From: Fidelibacterota bacterium
GTDB lineage: Bacteria > Fidelibacterota > Marinisomatia > Marinisomatales > Marinisomataceae
DNA length: 64,000 nucleotides
Assembly (NCBI GenBank): GCA_028140795.1
Contig: JAOIOW010000002.1
Location: forward strand, 5,988-69,987
Direction: 5' to 3'
This document shows, piece by piece, positions 59,037 to 64,000 of this stretch. How positions within the stretch are numbered: the stretch's first letter is position 1; each line of letters opens with the position of its first letter. The translations under genes were made by a program, and so were the position numbers. The notes under the pieces are model-generated. The model was given only the letters and a program-made list of their open reading frames with translations, was not told the DNA's origin and made no database searches.

Positions 59037-60633
59037 ATGAAGAAATCTTTGTTTGTAGCTGTTCGTTATCTTCATCTAACAACAATGCTTTGTTATAAAA
59101 AATAAGTGCTTCATCTATTTCTTCTACACTTATTAATACATCTCCATAGTGCTCAAGAATTACCGCGCTTGAATCATCATATATTAATGCTTGAGCAATA
59201 AAATCTTTCGCTTTTTCAAATTCAGATAATTTGTAATAAATCCATCCAATTGTATCTAAGTAAGCTGATACATCTGGGCTTATTTGTATAGCTTTTTCAG
59301 CGAGAGTCAAAGCATATTCTAGATCTTCATCTCTTTCAACTAGGCTATATGCAAAATTATTATACGCTTGTGCATCTCTGTCATTCAAAGCAATTAATTT
59401 TGTGTACAACTCGTCAGATTTATCCCATTTTTCAATTTGATCATATGTCATTGCTAAGCCATGCATAGCTGCTACAGATTTTTGATCAATTAATAATGAC
59501 TTACTGTAGAATTGTTCTGCTTCATTAAAATTTCTTGCCGAATAATTTGCTAATCCCAAAAAATAATTTACTTCAAAGTCGTTCGGAAATATTGATACCG
59601 CTATATTAAGCTCATCTATTGCCTCAGAGAAATTTTGTAAACTTATTAATGCAATAGATGAATTAATATATCCTTCCTTATCATTAGGATAATAAGAAGT
59701 ATGCTTCTTTGATACTTCTAATGCTAAGTCATTTCTACCTATATCTCTGTATACCAATGACAAGTAATATAGAGCAAACCTATCATTATCCTTTTGTGAT
59801 AAGGACTTTTGCAAAAATTCTTCTGCAGAATCTAATTTTCCAATTCTTAGATATTCCAGTGCTATTTGATTATATAGATTATTATAAAATGGATTTGCTT
59901 TAATAGAATCTAGATTTAATAACTCAAGCAACTCTTCAATATTTCCACCTTCATTCGATTCAAGAAAACCTCTCATGTATTCTGAATTAGAAGGGTCTGC
60001 TAAAAGGAGTTTTTTAAATATCTTTGATAATTCTCTATGATTTGAATTATATGCTAATTCTGCTGCGACCTCCAAAGCCAAAATTAAGTCATTATTCTTG
60101 TTATAGGCTTCTTGATAGTAAAGCAATGCTCCATCAATATCATTTAACTCAGCTTTTAAATCTCCAATGATAAACAGCACATCAGCATTATTAGGATCGC
60201 TTTCAATTATTTGATTAAAAATCAACAAAGAAGATTCATAATCATTTAAGGCAATAAACTTTTTTCCTAATGAAATCTTATAATCTAATGCATTTTCATC
60301 CATTGCAATTGCTTGATTGGCAAATACAATACTTTTTTCAAACTTTTGCAACATCCAGTATGCTTCGGACATATTAAATAAGACTTCTGCAGAATTTGAA
60401 CCAGCATCAATAGCGTCCTGAAACTCTAAAATTGCTCTTGCATAATCACCCTGTTCAAAAAACATCATTCCGTCCATGAAAAATTGAACACCACCGAAAG
60501 GATCAATTGAATCTATAGTTTTTTCTTCTTTTTTAGATTCTTCAGTGTACGATTTGGGTAATTCTAAAGATGTTGAAGCGCAATTTGCTAAAAAAATTGT
60601 GGAAATTGTAATTATTAAGTATTTCATTTTCAT
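59023..60633 (-). CDS. TPR-repeat lipoprotein
   Basis: 536 aa with the lipobox TIFLANC, then a continuous series of 34-aa TPR-like repeats (A..Y...G.....A...F..AL..DP). Confidence 0.8.
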   Translation of the reverse strand: MKMKYLIITISTIFLANCASTSLELPKSYTEESKKEEKTIDSIDPFGGVQFFMDGMMFFEQGDYARAILEFQDAIDAGSNSAEVLFNMSEAYWMLQKFEKSIVFANQAIAMDENALDYKISLGKKFIALNDYESSLLIFNQIIESDPNNADVLFIIGDLKAELNDIDGALLYYQEAYNKNNDLILALEVAAELAYNSNHRELSKIFKKLLLADPSNSEYMRGFLESNEGGNIEELLELLNLDSIKANPFYNNLYNQIALEYLRIGKLDSAEEFLQKSLSQKDNDRFALYYLSLVYRDIGRNDLALEVSKKHTSYYPNDKEGYINSSIALISLQNFSEAIDELNIAVSIFPNDFEVNYFLGLANYSARNFNEAEQFYSKSLLIDQKSVAAMHGLAMTYDQIEKWDKSDELYTKLIALNDRDAQAYNNFAYSLVERDEDLEYALTLAEKAIQISPDVSAYLDTIGWIYYKLSEFEKAKDFIAQALIYDDSSAVILEHYGDVLISVEEIDEALIFYNKALLLDEDNEQLQTKISSYESQ

Positions 60634-60681
60634 AACTATGCAAATTACATCCGAGATTGGATATTTACAATTCTATGAAAA

Positions 60682-61149
60682 TTAATCTTTATCGCTTACA
60701 AATGATCCATTAACATCATTTAATAGCTCAACATCTTTAATTTCAGTATCCTCTTCTTCAGATATATTTTCTTGCGTTACTGATTCTTCATCCGCTATAA
60801 AATAGTTTGATTGAGAAGGTTGAATTAAATAAGCTGAGAGCATGAAAATACAAAGTATAGACAATGTAAGATAAAGAAAGTTTTGTCTTGAGAATCCCAT
60901 AATTCCACTACTTACATTTTGATTATCATTTAATGCATTAATACGATCTTGAAGGTTTTTATCAAAACTATCGGAAGTTTTTAAAGAAGGAGCAGTTTTC
61001 ATAATATTCATTGCATTTCGAACATCATCAACTTTTTTCTTATGTTCAGGATTTTCAGCAAGATATTTTTCAAACTCCTTGCGTTCTTTAATATCCATTG
61101 AATTTTCAATCCAGTCAGATATTCTATCCTCAAATTTATTATAATCCAT
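60682..61149 (-). CDS. Anti-sigma factor (single-pass membrane)
   Basis: 155 aa immediately downstream (2-nt gap) of the ECF sigma gene. N-terminal helical anti-sigma-like region (ISDWIENSMDIKERKEFEKYLAENPEHKKKVDD), one TM helix (FLYLTLSILCIFMLSAYLI) and a short acidic tail. Confidence 0.6.
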   Translation of the reverse strand: MDYNKFEDRISDWIENSMDIKERKEFEKYLAENPEHKKKVDDVRNAMNIMKTAPSLKTSDSFDKNLQDRINALNDNQNVSSGIMGFSRQNFLYLTLSILCIFMLSAYLIQPSQSNYFIADEESVTQENISEEEDTEIKDVELLNDVNGSFVSDKD

Positions 61150-61151
61150 AA

Positions 61152-61721
61152 CTACTCCTTAAAATGTTTCATTTTTTCAGCCAACTGAATACGACCTCTA
61201 TTTATTCTAGATTTGATCGTACCAATCGGTATTTCCAGTATTTTACTTATTTCTTCATAGGAAAGTTCCTGAAAATCTCTCAAGACTACAGCCATTCTAA
61301 AATTTTCGGGAATCTCATCTAAAAATTTGTTTAATTGATCAATTGCAATTTCATTTTGGACTTTAGAATCCAAAGATTCTTCTTTAGAATTAATATCGAT
61401 AACCTGTCCATCATCAGTCCATAAGGAATCGGTCTTCTTCCTTTTATTTTTTCTTAATTCGGTTAACGCGTTATTTTTTGCGATTGTAAAAATCCAAGTT
61501 GAAAATTTTGCAACATTCTTATAATAGCTTGCATGAGTGTATAATTTAATTAATGTATCTTGCACTACATCTTCTGCCTGCTCAACATTATTGAAATATC
61601 TTAATACAAAGTTTAATAGCCTATCTTTGTATCTTTTAACAAGCTCGTTATATGCGTTAATATCTCCTTCTTGAAATCTTAAAATTAACTTTTCATCAGA
61701 ATATTTAAATTTATCATTCAT
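61152..61721 (-). CDS. ECF-type RNA polymerase sigma-70 family factor
   Basis: Region 2 is DVVQDTLIKLY...FSTWIFTIAKNNALTELRK. Region 4 is LSYEEISKILEIPIGTIKSRINRGR. I chose the start at Met16 (61721, 8-nt overlap with holA); the ORF track start is 61766. Confidence 0.85.
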   Translation of the reverse strand: MNDKFKYSDEKLILRFQEGDINAYNELVKRYKDRLLNFVLRYFNNVEQAEDVVQDTLIKLYTHASYYKNVAKFSTWIFTIAKNNALTELRKNKRKKTDSLWTDDGQVIDINSKEESLDSKVQNEIAIDQLNKFLDEIPENFRMAVVLRDFQELSYEEISKILEIPIGTIKSRINRGRIQLAEKMKHFKE

Positions 61722-62712
61722 GTCGGAAAGCTCCGTTGATAATGTTTGTAAATTCTGTCTCATCAATTATTTTCTGTGTTTTTAATTTAATGTCAGTTTG
61801 AGCAAAGATATTAATCGCATGCTCCAGCTCATCAAGTGAATAGTTATTTGTTGCTGGGCTTATTCTTTTTAATAAATTCCCTCTAATACTTCTACTTGAT
61901 GATTCAATTAAAGTTCCATTATTTTTTTTGGTAATAAAAATTGCCTCTAATAAAGTGAACATAGAATTAATCACATACGAAAGACCGTATTGTTTCATGA
62001 TTGATAAACCATTTTCGAAAATTGCATCAACTCTCCTATCGCATATTGCATAATTTAATTCCCATAACTGCTTTTCTTTATGAATATTGCCTGATTTTTC
62101 AAGAGCATTCAGAAGATCTTTTTCATCGCTTGACACTAAACTTGATTTAGACATCTCATTAAAAATTTCTGAGAAGTTGTTTCCAAAAATTTCAATAATT
62201 TTTTGAGTATATGTATCTGAAACTTTCAGATTTAATTCATTTGCAAATAAATGTATCCAATGTTTCATTTCACTCTCGAAAGGAGTAGAAATATCAACGA
62301 CATCCATTACTTTTGCATATTCTTTAGTAACGGAACTTTTGATAGTATTTGATTTAGATTTATAATCATATGATAAAAAATTATTGTCTATAAAGATGAT
62401 TTGGTCTGAACTATCTGAATCAAAACTGTTAAGAAGAAGTTCTGAATTTTTCTTATTTAGCTTATTTATATTTTTGATAATTATGAGCTTATCGCATGAA
62501 AATAAATCTTGAGATCCAAGCACATTCATCAATTGATCTAAGGAATCGCTTTTATCTGCACAGTCAAATACAAATGTTTCATCCTTTTTTTGCAATTTTT
62601 TAACTATTTGATTCTTTATAAATAGATATAAAAAATCATTATCCCCAACTAGTAGATAGTTATTACTAAAAGATTGATTTTTATCAGAGAGAAATTGTAA
62701 AGCTTTAATCAT
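61714..62712 (-). CDS. holA: DNA polymerase III delta subunit
   Basis: 332 aa. N-terminal NYLLVGDNDFLYLFIKNQI...DLFSCDKLIIIKNI matches the HolA pattern, and the C-terminal domains are helical. Confidence 0.6.
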   Translation of the reverse strand: MIKALQFLSDKNQSFSNNYLLVGDNDFLYLFIKNQIVKKLQKKDETFVFDCADKSDSLDQLMNVLGSQDLFSCDKLIIIKNINKLNKKNSELLLNSFDSDSSDQIIFIDNNFLSYDYKSKSNTIKSSVTKEYAKVMDVVDISTPFESEMKHWIHLFANELNLKVSDTYTQKIIEIFGNNFSEIFNEMSKSSLVSSDEKDLLNALEKSGNIHKEKQLWELNYAICDRRVDAIFENGLSIMKQYGLSYVINSMFTLLEAIFITKKNNGTLIESSSRSIRGNLLKRISPATNNYSLDELEHAINIFAQTDIKLKTQKIIDETEFTNIINGAFRHE

Positions 62713-62722
62713 ATTTTTTCAA

Positions 62723-64000
62723 TTAAGATATTCCATAGCTACCAGATTGTATTTGAGCACCTGAATCTCTATTGGAATTTTTTTCTTTTTTTGTATAAGT
62801 CAATTTACTAACTACTATAACTACAATAAATGCTAATACAAAGCTTGTTAATCTTTCAGTAACAATCAATTTTAAAAACTCACTACTTCCCCAAATCATT
62901 GTTACAATCGACCCAGTTAGAAGACCAGCGATAATACCTTCCCTGGTTGTCTTTTTCCACCACAAAGACAAGATAACTGCTGGTCCAAATGAAGAACCTA
63001 ATCCGCTCCATGCAAAACTAACAATTCCAAAAATTGTATCTCCTGAAACTTCGGAATACATAGCGGTTACATAAGCAAATAACCCAAGAATGATTGTGAT
63101 ATATCTAGTATTAGTTAATTTATTTGATTTTCTTGTTTTAATCACTTTGTTCAACTTTAAATCTTCGCTAATCGCAGATGTAGATACTAATAATTGAGAG
63201 TCAGCGGTGGACATCATGGCTGCAACTGCGCCAGAAATAAGTAATCCAGCAATCCATGCAGGTAATAAGGTTTGCGCTAATAATGGCATTGCAATTTCAG
63301 AATCTTTACCCATAAAAAAATCTTCACCAAAATAGCCTAATGCTACAATTCCAATCATAAATGCACCAGAAATTCCAGGAATAGCCCAAAGAGCTGCAAT
63401 CCATTTAGCTTTTTTAATATCATTAACAGACTTTATAGCCATGTATCTAATTAGTAAATGCGGTTGACCAAAATACCCTAGACCCCAACTCATTCCACCT
63501 AATGCAACTGACAGAGCTCCAAAACCAGTAAGTCCTGAAAAAACTGAATTTTTTTCTATTGAATCAAATTTCAATAATTCAGATAAACTTTGATCAAAAG
63601 AAAGTAGCTCAAAAAGACCAACAATGGGCAAAACAACTAATGTTCCGATCATTAACACACCTTGAATCAAATCGGTCCAAGCTACTGCCAATAAACCGCC
63701 CAAAATCGTATATATGATAATGATTATAGCACTTAGAGTTATTCCATACAAAGGCTCAATACCAAAGATAGTATTTAAAATTTTTCCTGAACCATGAAAC
63801 TGCGCTGAAACATAAAAAGTAAAAAATATTCCAATGATTAAAGCTGAAATAATCCTAATGAGACCAGACGAATCATTGAATTTTTTCTCAAGGAAATCTG
63901 GAATGGTTAATGAGTCAAATTTTTCTGTTTCATCTCTTAAACGTTCTGCAATTAAAAACCAAGAGGATATAATACCAATCGTTATACCTATTACGGCCCA
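62723..64000 (-). CDS. Sodium:solute symporter family transporter (PutP-like), C-terminal part; gene runs off the right edge
   Basis: The ORF-track entry begins at an internal Met (63751). My translation stays open to base 64000 in the same frame: WAVIGITIGIISSWFLIAERLRDETEKFDSLTIPDFLEKKF...SAQFHGSGKIL. The SSF motif GGLLAVAWTDLIQG is present. Confidence 0.75.
   Translation of the reverse strand, partial: WAVIGITIGIISSWFLIAERLRDETEKFDSLTIPDFLEKKFNDSSGLIRIISALIIGIFFTFYVSAQFHGSGKILNTIFGIEPLYGITLSAIIIIIYTILGGLLAVAWTDLIQGVLMIGTLVVLPIVGLFELLSFDQSLSELLKFDSIEKNSVFSGLTGFGALSVALGGMSWGLGYFGQPHLLIRYMAIKSVNDIKKAKWIAALWAIPGISGAFMIGIVALGYFGEDFFMGKDSEIAMPLLAQTLLPAWIAGLLISGAVAAMMSTADSQLLVSTSAISEDLKLNKVIKTRKSNKLTNTRYITIILGLFAYVTAMYSEVSGDTIFGIVSFAWSGLGSSFGPAVILSLWWKKTTREGIIAGLLTGSIVTMIWGSSEFLKLIVTERLTSFVLAFIVVIVVSKLTYTKKEKNSNRDSGAQIQSGSYGIS

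Noticed and set aside
35474-59903. Further nested short ORFs in the second half of the window: 35474..35674, 36285..36473, 37536..37772, 37868..38125, 40177..40389, 41603..41815, 41921..42130, 43941..44177, 44167..44367, 44590..44793, 45976..46173, 47245..47484, 48001..48192, 50472..50711, 50695..50880, 53748..53939, 54889..55077, 57277..57459, 57989..58192, 58735..59040 and 59709..59903.
   Set aside because: Same reasoning. All are embedded in, or antisense to, confidently assigned longer genes, and they show no recognisable motifs.
60634-60681. A search for an ECF-type (GAAC...CGT) promoter, or a Bacteroidetes-type TTTG/TAnnTTTG promoter, in the only sizeable gap of the sigma/TPR array.
   Set aside because: I found only a TAATTTG match 9 nt before the ATG of the TPR gene, with no partner -33 element. 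That is too weak to call in AT-rich DNA.
1-64000. CRISPR arrays, tRNA/rRNA genes, IS elements or transposases, prophage genes, toxin-antitoxin pairs, and an alternative genetic code.
   Set aside because: No non-coding gap exceeds about 100 nt, so RNA genes and arrays have no room. I recognised no transposase, integrase-plus-att or phage-structural motifs. TAA, TAG and TGA all terminate full-length, motif-complete homologs (for example TGA for murC, murD and acn, and TAG for pruA), which is consistent with the standard bacterial code.

Overview
The window is a very AT-rich, extremely gene-dense stretch of bacterial chromosome. About 64 protein genes fill roughly 97% of it, and the largest non-coding gap is about 100 nt. 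I found no rRNA, tRNA, CRISPR array, IS element or prophage. All calls rest on motifs I recognised in the translated ORFs; no searches were run. The gene content points to a streamlined free-living diderm: SPOR and PASTA proteins, a DksA/TraR gene between ileS and lspA, a type-2 IleRS, a mitochondrial-type aconitase, and an ECF sigma gene followed by TPR and LolB-like lipoprotein genes. A member of the FCB group (for example Marinimicrobia-like) is a low-confidence guess.

Layout, left to right:
- **1-9.9 kb (minus strand):** a rearranged dcw cell-wall and division cluster, mraZ-rsmH-ftsL-ftsI-ftsZ-murD-ftsW-murG-murC-murB.
- **10-11.4 kb:** a rodZ-like gene and maf.
- **11.4-24.2 kb (mostly plus strand):** aconitase, gatB, rpmB, dusB, a tightly coupled pruA-sucC-sucD-ndk-SPOR chain, then rpmF-fabD-fabG-acpP-fabF. 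The rpmF gene is missing from the ORF track.
- **24.2-28.2 kb:** PGI/PMI, a polyprenyl synthase, a eukaryote-type phosphomannomutase and an alanine symporter.
- **28.3-43 kb:** lptF/G, then a 12-gene minus-strand array: pyrF-pyrE-patatin-dsbD-htrA-ileS-dksA-like-lspA-rluD-xer-pckA-greA.
- **43.1-44.8 kb:** the only clearly non-housekeeping spot, a GNAT-like gene tail-to-tail with a stand-alone wHTH + PD-(D/E)xK (DUF3883-like) nuclease-like gene.
- **44.8-64 kb:** two transporters, then a 17-gene co-directional minus-strand array. It holds an ECF sigma/anti-sigma/TPR/lipoprotein module, a five-gene envelope glycosylation cluster (GtrB-like, GT4, GT2, flippase, YfhO-like), and yajC-def-fmt-PASTA-lipoprotein-hflX.

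The best leads for something undescribed are the orphan nuclease-like gene, the GtrB/flippase/YfhO glycosylation system with no known acceptor in this kind of organism, and the orphan PASTA module. The unusual dcw order with a candidate MraZ operator, and the complete lack of terminator space at every convergent junction, are also worth a look.
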